From Azolla caroliniana (taxonomy: Eukaryota > Plantae > Polypodiophyta): DNA of 64,000 nucleotides. The notes beneath the pieces were generated by a model. The model had not been told where the DNA came from. It did not search any database and saw only the letters and a list, made by a program, of their open reading frames with translations. The stretch lies in assembly GCA_043228905.1 (NCBI GenBank), contig JBHGNT010000021.1:9362001-9426000 (forward strand). The letters are read 5' to 3'. Positions 1-12,772 of the stretch are shown here, one piece after another. A program made the translations under genes and the position numbers. The stretch's first letter is position 1. Every line of letters starts with the position of its first letter.

Positions 1-799
1 TCAAAAGGGTGTATGAGACCAACAATGAGAAGAGATGAAGTGGCCATTATTGTCTATTGGGATATTACGTCAAAATTCTAATATCTCCTCCTTAAGCTCC
101 ATCAAATCTTACATCTCAATCTATTTACCTATCTTACTTTTAAACCACTCCAAGTAACAAAGCAAACTTAATCTAATTGAATCTAATTCAACCTATTGAT
201 TGGATGTATTCAACCTTTTCAATATAAATTGTAAAGTTATTTTCTTATTTTTTTAAGTAGCTCGTTTAAGATCCCATTGAACAACCAGAATGACCACCAT
301 GAGCAACCTATTTCCTGTCCTCTTAATGTTGTCACATTAAATGATGTAGAAGTGCAAAAATGTACTAAGGCTGATTGATGATTACAATGCCTACAATAAG
401 ATGCACCTCGATAATGCCCAATTTATTACGAAATGTACAACTTTTTGATCCAGCACAATGCATAACCAATGCTTGATTTTCACAACAAAATAACCCAAAT
501 CTGTTGGGGTTTCGGAAATGAAAAAAAGCACAAACATAATCGATCGATCGGCCAAAAATTGTACGACCGGTGAATCAAATATTGAAATGGTGATATGGCA
601 TCTAACCTGTCAATGGATCCATCGGCACCTTCTCACTAAGTGCATTGGCCATTTTCGTAAAAAAACAAAACTATAGAAACTGAAACCGTGAAGGAAAGGA
701 AGAAGACGCAGCATCAGCTCTTCTCTCAATTGTTAATGCGTTTCATTTAGTTCATAAAAACGGAAAAAACAGAGTAAATATGTATGTATTGGTGGACCG

Positions 800-3700
800 A
801 TGAGAAGGAACACCGGATTCCTTCCATCCATCCATGGAAAGCTCCCCCCTCAAAGCCAGGGTACCAACACAGCCATTGGAAACGACTCTTACAGATATGT
901 GAGTTTACTCAAGGCCTGCTCCAAGAAGAAAGACCTGCGTGAAGGCATTCGATTGCATAGGGAAATCCTGGAGAGCAGAGGAGGAGGAGAACAACTAGCC
1001 ATGAACCCTCACCTAGCCAACACCCTCATTAGTATGTATGCACAATGTGAAGCGATGTCAATGGCTGAGCAAGTGGTAGATGATCTTCCGTGTCATGATA
1101 TTGTCTCTTGGAATGCGCTAATATCGGGGTATGTCCGACAAGGAAAAGACAATGAAGTATTGCAGTGCTTTGAATGTATACACAATGAGGGCCATTTCTT
1201 AGACGTTGTCACATTGACTTGTGTCTTGAAGGTTTGTGGAAGAAGAAGACGAACGTGGGGGTTAAAGAAAGGGAAGCATATTCATAGTGTGATTGTTTCT
1301 AGAGAGTTGTTACTTGAGAAAGACATTGCACTTGGTACTGCTTTAGTGAACATGTATGCTAAATGTGGTAATTTTGTAGAAGCACAAGAAGTGTTTGATG
1401 AGCTTCTTGTTCGAAACACCGTCTCATGGAACGTGCTCATATCTGGATATGTTGGCCATGGCGAAGGTATGAAAGCAATGGGTTCTTTTGAAGTGATGTT
1501 ATGTGAGGGTCTTTCACCAGATACAGTTACGTATGTTTGCATCTTGAAGATATGTGGTACCATGCAAGATTTAGCAAAGGGAAAGCAAATCCACTATCGT
1601 ATCACCCAAGAGAGCTTGCTTGGTAAGGATATCGTTCTGGGAAATGCTTTGATCAACATGTATGCCAAATGTGGTGAGCTTCAACGAGCACAGCAAGTAA
1701 TGGAAAAGATCCCTGTTCGAGATGCTATCTCCTGGTCTACACTAATAGCAAGATATGCTGAATTGGGGCAACACAAGGAAGCTTTGAAGTCTTTTGAACA
1801 TATGCTAAATGAGGGACACTCTCCAGATGTTGTCACATTTATATCCATATTGAAGGCATGTACAAGTGCAGGAGCCATAGACAAGGGTAAAGAAATCCAT
1901 GATGAAGTTACGCGAAGAGGTTGGTTAGAAAAGAATATTGTTCTTGGAAATACACTTGTGGATATGTATGCAAAGTGTGGGATGCTTGCTAAAGCAAAGC
2001 AGGTGCTTGAAAGGCTTCCAGTTCGAGATGTTGTTTCTTGGAATGTGCTAATTGCAGGATATGGCCAACAAGGGGACATTCAAGGAGCTGTTATGAGCTT
2101 CCAAAAGCTGAAAGATGATGGCCTCTATCCAGATGCCATCACATTTGTTTGCATGTTGCAAGCATGTGGCATTTCTGGAACTGTAGGCAAGGGCAAACAT
2201 ATTCATGAAGAGATCATTAGTAGGGGTCTTGATAAGGATCTTGTGATCGGCACTGCTGTAATAGATATGTATGCAAAATGTGGTGTGCTAAAGAGAGCAC
2301 AAGAAATGCTTGAAGAACTTCCTATTCGAGATTTAGTTTCGTGGAGCGCAGTGATTGGAGGATATGTTCACCAAGGGGAAGGTCTGGAAGTGTTGAATTG
2401 CTATAAACAACTGGAGAATGAGGGTCTTTCTCTAGATGCAGTTGTCTTTATTTCCATCTTGAAGGCATGTGGCAAATTGGGAGCCTTGGAAAAGGGTGAA
2501 CAATTCCATAAAGAGATAATAAAGATGGGCTTGCAAGAGAAAAATACAATGATTGGTAATGTTTTGATGGATATGTATGTGAAATGTGGTGAACTTTCAA
2601 AAGCACAAGAAGTGCTTGAATGCCTCCCTGTTCGAGATGTAGTCTCTTGGAATACAGTAATCAATGGGTATGCCCAACAAGGGAAAAACCATGAGGTATT
2701 AATCTGTTTTGATCAAATGCAAAGAGAGGGCATCTTTCCTGATGCTGTCACCTTCGCTTGCATCTTAAGTGCTTGCGGAGCGAATATAAATGCCGATAAT
2801 GGCAAAGAAATTCACCACCAGATTGTGAGGAAAGGCTTGCTGGTGGAAAATGATAGCATACTTACCAACTCTTTAATAGATATGTATTCGAAATGTTCGT
2901 CGCTTGCGAAGGCAAGGGACTTGTTTGAAGATCTTCCATTGATCCGATCCATAGTATTTTGGAATACCCTTATCAAAGGTCATACTGAACACGGTCAAGG
3001 TCATCAAGCACTTAATTATTTCGAACAGATGCGAAGTGAAGGGCTGCTCCCAAATGCGATCACTTTCACATGTGTGTTAAAAGCATGTGGTATCATAGGA
3101 CATATAGACAAGGGAAAATACATTCATAATGAGGTTGTGAGTAGTGGATTCCTGGAGAACAGCAGCCTGCTTGGCAATGCATTAGTGGATATGTATGCCA
3201 AATGTGGTATGCTTGAGAAAGCACATCAGGTGCTTCAAGCGCTTCCTATTCGGAATGTGGTCAGTTGGTCAACACTAATCTCAGGATATCTACAACAAGA
3301 CCAAGGTGACGCTGCACTGAACTGTTTTTGTTCAATGCAGAACGATGGTCTCTCTCCAGATGTGATCACGTTAACTTGCATCTTAAAGGCATGTGGCCGC
3401 ACTGGAGCTATCATGAAGGGAAAACAAATACATGAAGAGATTGTAAGGAATGGCTTGTTTGGGAAAGATATCGTGCTTTGTAATGCTTTGGTGGACATGT
3501 ATACCAAATGTGGTCTCCTTGCTAAAGCGAAGAAAGTTATCGAAGAGGATCATCTTCCAAATATAATCTCATGGAATACACTGATTTCAGGTTATGCCAA
3601 ACAAAGACAAGCCCATGAAGCTCTGAAAAGTTTTGTATCTATGCAGAGCAAAGGTCTCTGTCCAGATGAGGTCACATTATTATGTCTATTAAGTGCATGT

Positions 3701-3988
3701 GGACATTCTGGGCTATTAGAGGAGGCCCAAATGTTATACGAGAACATGATCAGTATTTATGGTATTATTCCAGATTTGCAACATCACACCTGCATGGTCA
3801 CATGTTTTGGACGGTTCGGACACATCAATGAAGCAACATCGATGATCAAAAGAATGTCATTCTGTGTGAATAATTCTTCAGTTTGGCTTGCATTATTGGG
3901 TGCTTGTCAGGAATGGGGAAGTGCGAAGCTCGGAAGATTGTGTTTTGATCAGATACTACAACTTAAAGATGGTTGTGCCACAGGTTAG
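800..3988 (+). CDS. PLS-class pentatricopeptide repeat protein (E subgroup, no DYW), probable organellar RNA-editing factor
   Basis: 1062-aa intronless ORF with nine repeats of ...MYxKCG...DVVSWNxLIxGY...PDxVTFxxxLKAC, then LLSACGHSGLLEEA / QHHTCMV...GRFG and an E1-like VWLALLGAC. Stops at TAG 3986-3988. Confidence 0.95.
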   Translation: MRRNTGFLPSIHGKLPPQSQGTNTAIGNDSYRYVSLLKACSKKKDLREGIRLHREILESRGGGEQLAMNPHLANTLISMYAQCEAMSMAEQVVDDLPCHDIVSWNALISGYVRQGKDNEVLQCFECIHNEGHFLDVVTLTCVLKVCGRRRRTWGLKKGKHIHSVIVSRELLLEKDIALGTALVNMYAKCGNFVEAQEVFDELLVRNTVSWNVLISGYVGHGEGMKAMGSFEVMLCEGLSPDTVTYVCILKICGTMQDLAKGKQIHYRITQESLLGKDIVLGNALINMYAKCGELQRAQQVMEKIPVRDAISWSTLIARYAELGQHKEALKSFEHMLNEGHSPDVVTFISILKACTSAGAIDKGKEIHDEVTRRGWLEKNIVLGNTLVDMYAKCGMLAKAKQVLERLPVRDVVSWNVLIAGYGQQGDIQGAVMSFQKLKDDGLYPDAITFVCMLQACGISGTVGKGKHIHEEIISRGLDKDLVIGTAVIDMYAKCGVLKRAQEMLEELPIRDLVSWSAVIGGYVHQGEGLEVLNCYKQLENEGLSLDAVVFISILKACGKLGALEKGEQFHKEIIKMGLQEKNTMIGNVLMDMYVKCGELSKAQEVLECLPVRDVVSWNTVINGYAQQGKNHEVLICFDQMQREGIFPDAVTFACILSACGANINADNGKEIHHQIVRKGLLVENDSILTNSLIDMYSKCSSLAKARDLFEDLPLIRSIVFWNTLIKGHTEHGQGHQALNYFEQMRSEGLLPNAITFTCVLKACGIIGHIDKGKYIHNEVVSSGFLENSSLLGNALVDMYAKCGMLEKAHQVLQALPIRNVVSWSTLISGYLQQDQGDAALNCFCSMQNDGLSPDVITLTCILKACGRTGAIMKGKQIHEEIVRNGLFGKDIVLCNALVDMYTKCGLLAKAKKVIEEDHLPNIISWNTLISGYAKQRQAHEALKSFVSMQSKGLCPDEVTLLCLLSACGHSGLLEEAQMLYENMISIYGIIPDLQHHTCMVTCFGRFGHINEATSMIKRMSFCVNNSSVWLALLGACQEWGSAKLGRLCFDQILQLKDGCATG

Positions 3989-4078
3989 ATCCTTACTATG
4001 AACATATTTGCAACTGCTGGCATGAAGGCAGAGGCATATTTGGTTGAAGCCATGATATGGAAACATGTCCTGCTTTGA
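3989..4078 (+). pseudogene. In-frame continuation of the PPR E domain beyond the TAG
   Basis: Same frame reads ILTMNIFATAGMKAEAYLVEAMIWKHVLL*, matching the E2 pattern Y-V-L-x-x-N-I-Y-A-x-A-G; the TAG occupies the Tyr position. Confidence 0.75.
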
Positions 4079-4785
4079 GATAAGCTGGGCAAGCTATTGT
4101 TCTTTGGTCGTTACAGGTTTCTTGTGAGTATAATAAAGGCAAAATTCAGCCAGCAGGCCTACGACTGGATAGAAACCCCATTCTTATTGACACCAAATCA
4201 TTGGTTGATGCGTGGGGACATCCATGCGGATTAAACTCAATAGGCCCACATAAAATGTGAGTCGACCAGGTTGGATCTTTGTCTGTTGTGTGTGGACAAA
4301 GCTACATTCAACAGACACACATGCGGACGTGGTCGAAAGATCATCAGCTTTGTCTAATGTTCAGGCATACAACGTTGTGTCCGACTTATTGAAGCTGCAC
4401 ACTGTCACATCTGACTGACAAGCTTGCTGATGTGGCACAACATCGTTGGTTGCCTAAAATGTGGATCACACAACTTCTTGTCTGGCCTGTTGAAGCTCTA
4501 TACATATATGATATATCTAATAGACAAGCAAGAATATTCTTCCCAAATATTGGATATAACATAGTTATATTTGGGAAGAAGATCCTCAGGAAGAAGCTGG
4601 TTGTGCATACCCACCGAAAAGCCAATCCTTAGGCTCACAATTTCCTCACTTTGAGGTAGAACTTGGAATTGATTTTTTGATTTCAACAAACCAGTTTCTA
4701 CCTAAACAATTGAAGTGATTCAGAAACCTGATCATTCGAAGAGAATACAAAACAAGCCTGGGAATTAGAGAACCTTGATGCTAAC

Positions 4786-5247
4786 TAACAATCGGCAATG
4801 GTTCGGTTCGGTTTGAGAGGGTCAAAACCGAACCATTTAAAATTTTTGAAACCTGAACAGAACCGAACCGAACCACGAAACCGTTAAACCGAACCATTAA
4901 AAAAATTCAAACCGTTAAAACCATGGTTTCGTGGTTCGGTTTTGGTTTTCAAGTTAGGTAAAAATTCAATTTTTTAATTTTTTAATTTTTAAAATTTTTA
5001 AGATTTTCCTCAAATGTGAGAATAAGGTTTGAAAATGAAAAGATTGTTCAAAAATAATTATTTAAAAATTTTTACAAAATTTGGAAAAATTAAAAATTAA
5101 AAAATTAAAAAAATAACTGTAGTTTCTAACTATTGAAACCCAACCAAACTGTTTAAAAAAAATTGAACTTGAACTGAACCAAACCAAATTGTTAAGCTGC
5201 GATTTGGCGATTCAGTTCTGTTCAAACTGAAACGTTGCTGATTGTTA
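4786..5247. mobile_element. Non-autonomous hAT-like DNA transposon (MITE)
   Basis: TIRs taacaatcggcaatggttcggtt and aactgaaacgttgctgattgtta (19/23 match); 8-bp TSD atgctaac (4778-4785) / atgttaac (5248-5255); many AACCG/CGGTT subterminal motifs; AT-rich core. Confidence 0.85.
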
Positions 5248-6467
5248 ATGTTAACAAAGGCAAATCACATCTACAAGTCTGGGACAAGTTCTCCAAGAAA
5301 TTTAAGCCAGCTCCACCATTTATGGCAAAAAAGAACCATGTAAAAGAGATGGGTCAAAATTACACCATCATATTATAGAAACAAGTATGAAAAGAAAACA
5401 AAGTAATAGCAAGAAATTTACTCACCTATCTCTAAGGAAAACAAGTAGCAAGATCAAGTAAATTTGTACCAAGGAATCCATACGTAGCTCAGCACACATT
5501 GATAGGATGAATAGGCCTAAAATAAGCAACCAAAGGACCACATTATGAAGAAACGAGTATTAGTTATTGACAATCTGAATCTTACCAATTCCATGAATGC
5601 CTTTAGGTAATGGATGTGCAATTTGTGAAATATATTAGCATTAATGGCAATTCAATAGAAAAGAATGAACTAAATGAGTTGAAACCTATCATGCTAAGGC
5701 TTCCTTCTCTGGTGGTAGGCATACAACAACACATTGAGCTCCCATATTATCTTCGGGGAATGATATTCATACAGAATTAGATAGTCCTATGGCAAGTAAG
5801 GCATTAGAAGAAATGTTATAACCAATGAAATCAATGTTAACGCATTATACCCTTGAATAATGACCACCAACACTCTAGCCAAAATACTTGTGAGGATCAA
5901 CTACCTTCCCATCTATACAAGGATGATACCATTCTTTAACAAAGCCAACTAGAAGATAAACCCTAAACCCAACACAATGCAATGGTTCAAGTTCAATGAA
6001 ATCGTGGAAATAGATCACATGTAATTTCCAACAAATCCACACCACCCATCTTACTCTTACGATATAGGAGACTAGAACTTGATGAAGAGAGCAACATTGC
6101 ATGGAGTAAAAGGCCTAGAACACATGTTGATGATTATATTGCAACTCATGGATTTGTAAAAGGACTTGTAGACTCTAGCTAATGGGTTGAGTCATGTCGT
6201 ATTGACCTTACCAACTTGGGCACACCTTCATCGGTTGAAACCTTTAATGATTAGGGTTTTAATGTAAATTGTGAAAGAAGCATCTTTTGCCTTTGACAAA
6301 AAGTGTGCACCAACTCTATTAAGATTTCGGCAACCGTAGTATACTTTTACAAGGAGGCAACATCCCCCTAGTTTCTTCAAGATTATGGAAGGGTTGCAAT
6401 ATCTAGCAAAGAAAGAGCAAAAACTACTTGTTTGCCATAAAAGAGCATAAGCTATGATAGAAAAAGT

Positions 6468-6595
6468 AGGTATATATTTTATGTATGTAAGTATGCATCT
6501 ATATATGTATGTATGTACATATGTAGTTATGTATGTATGTACATATGTAGTTATGTACTTACATATGTATGATGTGTGTACAAACATGTGTGTGC
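6468..6595. repeat. Degenerate (TATG)n microsatellite
   Basis: Runs of tatg/tgta. Confidence 0.8.
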
Positions 6596-8084
6596 GATCC
6601 CTAGTAGTTTGCTTCTATGATGGATGTGTGTGTTCATGCAAGTCAACCAACCAATGTGACGAGAGAGCTCTTAAACTAAATGAACAAAATAGATAACATC
6701 TACTATATAGGTAATTAAGGATGATTAGAAATTGACAATGAGAGGCAAATATTTGTCATGGATCCTCGCTAATTTGTTTGTTGGGCCAACAAGTTATTTT
6801 ATAAAGCTACATAAGAAAGCATCAAATCTTATATTTGAAAGGTGGGTTATAACTTATAACCCTCCATTTTATTTATTGTTATACACTAATAATAATTAAA
6901 GTAAATAAGGGATAGTAAGTCATAATAAATAAATGGCTAAACATAAAGATTAGAATATTAAACTTATATTTCTAGTTGCCCCAATATTTTTAGGTCCCTT
7001 TGTACGAAGTATTGTATGTTTATCAATTACAACACATGATAGGCTATGTCTCTCATTTTACAATTACAACACACAATTTTAGTTTAGTTCATCAAGGATA
7101 GAGCGTATCCATTTTCCTTGACAAAAGTGTCAAAATTATGTATACTTTTTTTGGGTTGAGAATAATGAAATTGTAGTTTGCTTATTTGATGGAATGTTAC
7201 AACAACTCCAAACAAGACTATTAATGTAACCACTTGTTGATTTATGACCTTCGAGGTTCATGCCAATGCACTTTGATTGTGATCTAAAGTGAGTCCATGT
7301 CATGCCTTTTGTACTTCAAATTGCATGGTTGCCAACTCTTAGGTCTTAGGTTTCATATAAATTGTAGAACTATTTTGGAAAGAAAGCATAAATCAAGATG
7401 AGTAAACCTAACAAGGTAGTGTATACATCCAAATATTTGCTTAACATGTGGTCATTGTTTTTGCACTTCTTGGAGTATCCTCAATGGATAACTTGCATGA
7501 TATTGACGAGATTGTGGAGATGGGATTGCAATACAACATGTAAAAATGTTCTAATATAATTTCAATGTAGTGGGATTGAGATATTTTTACAATACTATAG
7601 ATGTATCCTTAGATAATACTTCATTGAACCAAGATTGATAATTGGAAACAACTTTTTGAAGTTCCTTCTTGTAGGTAGGCAAGAGAGTTGGCAAGTAAAG
7701 GTAAACCATCAACATAAACATCAATTAGATTAACTTTGGGCTTTAGTTTTCCTTAAATTGAAGACCATAAAACATCTTGATTTTAAGTGTGCTTGAGTAA
7801 GAACTAGATAACATAATATCACTATGTGCTAGTTCTAGTGGTTGGACTACTTATTGAGGTGCTTGTTGGGAATTTGGGGGATGTCATCTTGATAGACAAA
7901 CATTCTTCATACAAGTTAATTTTGTAAAATAACTTCCCAGACAAGCTTTTAGGTTTTTTAAGCACACAAATTGAAGCAACACATTGATGTTCAAGATGGT
8001 AATGCCACAATAAAGCGGTTTCGTGTTGTCCTTCCACTTTAGTTGCATCACATCAGCCACTTCGGTTTTTGTCTTTCGATCTAT

Positions 8085-8510
8085 ACCAATTGGGTATGAA
8101 GCAACCCCTCCTCATCTGTGTGGGGTGAGGTCTTTTTCCATTGCACGAATTTGGGCCGAGACAAGTGAAGACAGGTGCCAATGTGTCTCTTTGACACCAT
8201 GTCCCAAGGTTTGTGGTGTCCGATAAAGAAGCTCCAAAGATGCACCCAACGTTTTTGATCATTTGTTTACATTGGTAGGTCTAGTAAATTGGGTACGTAA
8301 AGGATCATCATCTATACACAAAGATCTTTTTCTTCGCATGCAATTGGGTCAAAACAAGCGAGCAACACATGAGTCAATGTCTCGACGGCATGTCTCGGAA
8401 GATTGTGGTGTTCGGTACAGAAGCTCCAAGCCAAAGGAAGCACCCACACCAGTTTCCATCATTTGTTTACATTGGTAGGGCCTAGTAAACCACAAGATTT
8501 TTGGGTATGT
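8085..8510. repeat. Degenerate ~195-bp tandem duplication
   Basis: Blocks tgtggtgt..agaagctccaa..gcaccca..atcatttgtttacattggtagg..ctagtaaa recur at ~8213-8290 and ~8404-8490; aattgggta recurs at ~8089 and ~8287. Confidence 0.65.
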
Positions 8511-9166
8511 GTAGGATAGTTAATCATGAGAAGATTTATCGTGGAAATTTGGTCGACAATACTTCTTCTTCTTGGGATACTAGGTTTTCTCTTAATCTCA
8601 AAAGGACTCCTCCTTTCTTTTTTGAAACCACCCTTGTTTGTCTCCATTTCTGAAGAGATACACATAAATAGGTCGCCATAAATAGTTCCACACGCAGAGA
8701 TACACATAACATATGTTGGCATATGATTATCCATGTTTCAACTTCACACAAGCAAAACAGTTCCCACTTCCTTTACTTAGTCTTATTTATGGCGATGAAA
8801 TTGCTAGAAAGAGAACATTATGTGACTGATGAAGGTTTTTCTTTTTTCCTGATCAAGATTGAAACAACAAAAATGCACACGATGCTGTCTGTAGCTGATT
8901 TCATAAGGCTGTTCTGCGAAGACGAATGGAAAACACACGAATTTGACTTTATCGAATGGAAGACACACAGATTTGACATGAAGTTATCGAGGCCAATTCA
9001 CAACAGAACCATATCTAATTTGAAGGGGATGTACATTTGCTCCCCATCTATACTTCTCGCAGTCTGAAAAGAGAAATTTCTCGAAAATTTGTTAGGATTT
9101 GGGACACCCAGCCGAGGTATGCTGAATTAATTAGAAGAGGAAAGCAGCGATGGTGGTGTTTTGGTG

Positions 9167-9472
9167 TTAGAAGTCTAGGGAGGCCAACAAGCTCAAACGA
9201 GGGGAGGAACAGAAGTAATGGTGGGAGGGTTGCAGAGAGGAGATGATGATGGCCAGGTTGTAATAGTGGTAGGAGAAAGGCGGGCGATGATCATTTATAT
9301 GATTCTTTTGATCATCATCACCATCAGAAGAAGGAGATGAAGATGAAGAAGAAGATGAAGAAGAAGGAGGTTTGTAGTAAGAACGCGAAGTTGGAGGGTA
9401 ACGCCCCCAAAATCGCATGAAGCCACCAATGGCTTTGCCACCAATATTAGAGGACCAGCTATAACTAGCCAT
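9167..9472 (-). CDS. Hypothetical 101-aa Ser-rich ORF, possible first exon or uORF of a minus-strand transcript
   Basis: ATG-initiated ORF preceded on the minus strand by cataaataa (~9699-9691), a pyrimidine patch, a telo-box (aaaccctaa ~9648-9656) and a GA-rich leader. No recognisable domain. Confidence 0.3.
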   Translation of the reverse strand: MASYSWSSNIGGKAIGGFMRFWGRYPPTSRSYYKPPSSSSSSSSSSPSSDGDDDQKNHINDHRPPFSYHYYNLAIIISSLQPSHHYFCSSPRLSLLASLDF

Positions 9473-10065
9473 TCCTATGATATATGTATGGCCTCTCTCT
9501 GTCTCTGTTTCTGTCTCTTACTGATTTGTTTTTTGGGTGGGAAGGAAGCCCTTAGATCAATAGAAACCCTACCCTAAGGTCTTGTTTTTTTTTTTGTTTG
9601 TATTTTAGGTTTTGGCTTGGCTTGGGTTTGGGGGGGTGGGTGGTTGTGAAACCCTAATGCTCAAATTGCAGAGAAGGAAGAAACAAAGAGTTATTTATGC
9701 CTACTAAATCTAGAGAAGGCTACAAGCCACACATATACATATATACATACTCTCACACACACATACATATATGTACATACATACATGTGGAGGAACAGGT
9801 AGAAAGTAAAAAGTGTTGAAGATGTCAATGATGACTTATTTTATTTTAGCACACACGCATTGGGCCTTGTCAACAAAAGTGTGTACTACTACAGTCTATG
9901 GTCATATGTTTGAGGCAACTACACGAGGAACTTTTGTTGTCCACACTGCACCCCAAAGTCCTCGTGCTCATAGATTATATAGACACATGGTCTTAAGGAA
10001 CTTTGTTTGGATCTTTCATGTTCTCGGCTTGCCTTATATCATTGGTGGAGAAGACTCGAGGAGGA

Positions 10066-10414
10066 CAGTTGTTGAAAAACACATATTCTACGTTTTAGAA
10101 TACTTTGTTGTAAGCATTCTAAGTTTTAGAACCGACATTTTTCAAATTTTCATGTATTCTAAATATTTGACATATATTCTATGTATTTAACAAGTATTTA
10201 TCATTTCAAAACAGTTTTAAAAAAATAAAAAAATAAAAAAAAAACTTAAATTTTAAGAAGTATTTTACAAGTATTCTATATGTACTCTAAGTATTTAACA
10301 TATTTTATCTATAAAATGTATTCTAAGTATTTTGAAAAAAGGTTAGAATACTTGTAGACTACTTAGCATATGTATTCTACACTTATTGTATGCTAAGTAT
10401 TCTTCAAAAATGTG
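10066..10414. mobile_element. Degenerate hAT-like MITE
   Basis: Flanking 8-bp direct repeat gaggagga/gaggaggc; imperfect TIRs cagttgttgaaaaacac and gtattcttcaaaaatgtg; internal tattcta/tagaata repeats. Confidence 0.55.
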
Positions 10415-11122
10415 GAGGAGGCATGTGGCCCCTGCTTGTGCCCATATCCTGATCAATGATACCTCTTCTTAAATTTGTCGCGGATTCTTCACATTTTTAG
10501 CCCGTCTTACTTGATTTGAATGGACACATGTAGCTTGACTTTCAACTTTAATTAACACAACATTGAAATTTCTAAATCTCTCTTTTTAGATGGTAAGCTA
10601 TTCAAATTATCACAACACAAGGTTGTGAATCCAAAAACCATTTCTTTATTTGTTGTGTAGGAAGGTTCTACATTGACGATTGCATTTGCCATTCACATGT
10701 ATTTTTTTATGATTGTTTTAAATTTTAAACTTTAAATGCCTTTCAATTTACATTTCATGAAGTGACCTAATGAGAAGATAATGTTTTTCTTTTTTTTCAA
10801 ATGTTGTAAACAAGTTACAACATGTTGAGCGAGCAATCTCAAGTTGGACCGGATCGACTGAAGAATCCGGGAGTCGGATTGGATGGAGACCGACTATGCC
10901 CAGTTGGATGAAATCCAATAGACCGTTAGGGGCCTATATTCCTATTTTTGTAAATAGGAATATTATACGTTGTTAGTGTCAGGCTTAGTTAATGGGCATT
11001 CAAGTACTTCTCAATACTTGTGTCAACGCACTCGTCAGGGCTTGTATATAAAGTGCTCTCTAAGCACATTCATTGTACTGAGCATTTTTGTAATAGAAAT
11101 TTACTGTTGCTTGCTCCACTCA

Positions 11123-11154
<32 letters not shown>

Positions 11155-11158
<4 letters not shown>

Positions 11159-12772
11159 TCAAGTATTAATGGAGGAAAGTCGCCTTAGAGGTAAAGGTTT
11201 ATATTGTTGCTTTGTAGACTTCAAGAAAGCTTTTGATATGGTACCTCGTGAGCATCTTTGGAGGCGAATGGAAGAACTTGAGGTGCCAAGTGAATATAGT
11301 TGTGTGTGCATGAGAGATAAACTTTCAGATTTTTTCAAAAGCACTATTGGTGTTAAGTAAGGATGCCCAATCTCACCAACACTATTTGGTCTATGCATTG
11401 ATGAATTGGAAGAAATGGTTACCAAGTTTGTAAAGGAAGAATGGGTTGAAGAAGTTGCCATTGGGAATGTTGTGATTATGCTTTTGCTATATGCAGATGA
11501 TGTAGTGTTTTTTGCAAATACTTTAGGAGATGCACAAAAGCTTATGAAGGCATTGGAAAATTTTTGCGTGCATACTAAATTAAGTGTCAATAGCTCTAAA
11601 ACAAAGATTATGTTTGTGAAGAGCCAAAAAAGAGATAAACCATGCATTATGTACAACAATAAGCCACTTGAATGTGTGGAAAGCTTCAAATATCTTGGCC
11701 TTGAAGTTCCTTCAAATCATAGATGGAATGAATGTGCTACATGCCGCTTAGAGGCAGGTAAGCGAGCATACTATGCATCTGAGAACACATGCAATCTTGG
11801 AGATATTAAGTGTTGGGTCCTCGAGAAAATACTTTGGTGACACTGGTTCTTCTCTATGGGGTGGAAGTATGGGCGGTAGCATCCCTAAATCTATGTGGAA
11901 AGAGTTTGAAAATGTTTAAAAACATTTTCTTACAAAGTTTCTACAAGTTAAGAAACAAACGCCCTACACCCTCCTCCTTGAGACGGGATCGCTTCCCATT
12001 GAGATCATGGCCATGGAAAGGGTTGTTGAATACATGCTTAAGGTTCAAAAAAGTCCCTCACATCGACTTCCTTGAATTGCGTGGGAAGCAAGCAAAAAGA
12101 TCCGAAAGACGCATAAAAGCAAAATTTTGTGTTCCGGTTGGATGCAAGATATAGAAAAATGGTTTGGTAGATGGGATGCGAGACACTTGCTTCATGATAC
12201 ATCATTAGATTCCTCTGTAAATGAGGCCTTCTTGCAACGCCAATGTATCATGACATGGGACAAATGTGGAGGCTCATGCTTCACACATTATACTACACAT
12301 GTTGCACCTAACTACAAAACCATATTCTTTGCGGAACGGGGAAATCACACATATCGATACATGTCAGAGCCCATACCGTTATCTGCCATTTGAACCATTG
12401 CTTCCATGCGACTTAGCTCACATGCATTGCGATGTGAAACAGGGCGTTGGGGCACAAGTGATGAGAGTGGTCGGCTATGCACACTTTCCCCTAAATAAGT
12501 TCACGAGTTTGAGTATCACACTTTGATACGATGCTCTACCTTTGATCATATTCAACCATGCATTCCACATCTCTTCGACCGAGCCCAATCTTTGCATGAA
12601 TTCCTCTCACAACCACAATGTGCACTCTCGATTGCAACATTCATTAGTAAAGTTCTTGAACATCGAGAGTCACTACTCACTTTCACACGTATCACGTGAA
12701 ATGTAATATTTTTTGGTCTCATAGGTCATATTTGACCTCCGAAGACAATAATATAATCTATCTATCTATCTA

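Noticed and set aside
60-110. PPT-like tctcctccttaag suggesting an LTR boundary
   Set aside because: No LTR terminus or coding remnant could be confirmed nearby.
4280-4582. Two small hairpins (tgtctgttg/caacagaca near 4280-4317; ttcttcccaaatat/atatttgggaagaa near 4537-4581) as miRNA precursors
   Set aside because: Stems are too short and match no conserved plant miRNA I recognise.
4079-4640. Possible E+/DYW domain remnant downstream of the PPR
   Set aside because: Only a TDKLA resemblance to HSEKLA; no HxE, no CxxC and wrong spacing.
5560-6450. Possible decayed retroelement or gene fragment
   Set aside because: No convincing protein motif in any frame.
9188-9210. miR390-like target site (ccctc..tgagctt on the minus strand), i.e. 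a TAS3 locus
   Set aside because: Requires a gap, with no second site and no tasiARF sequence.
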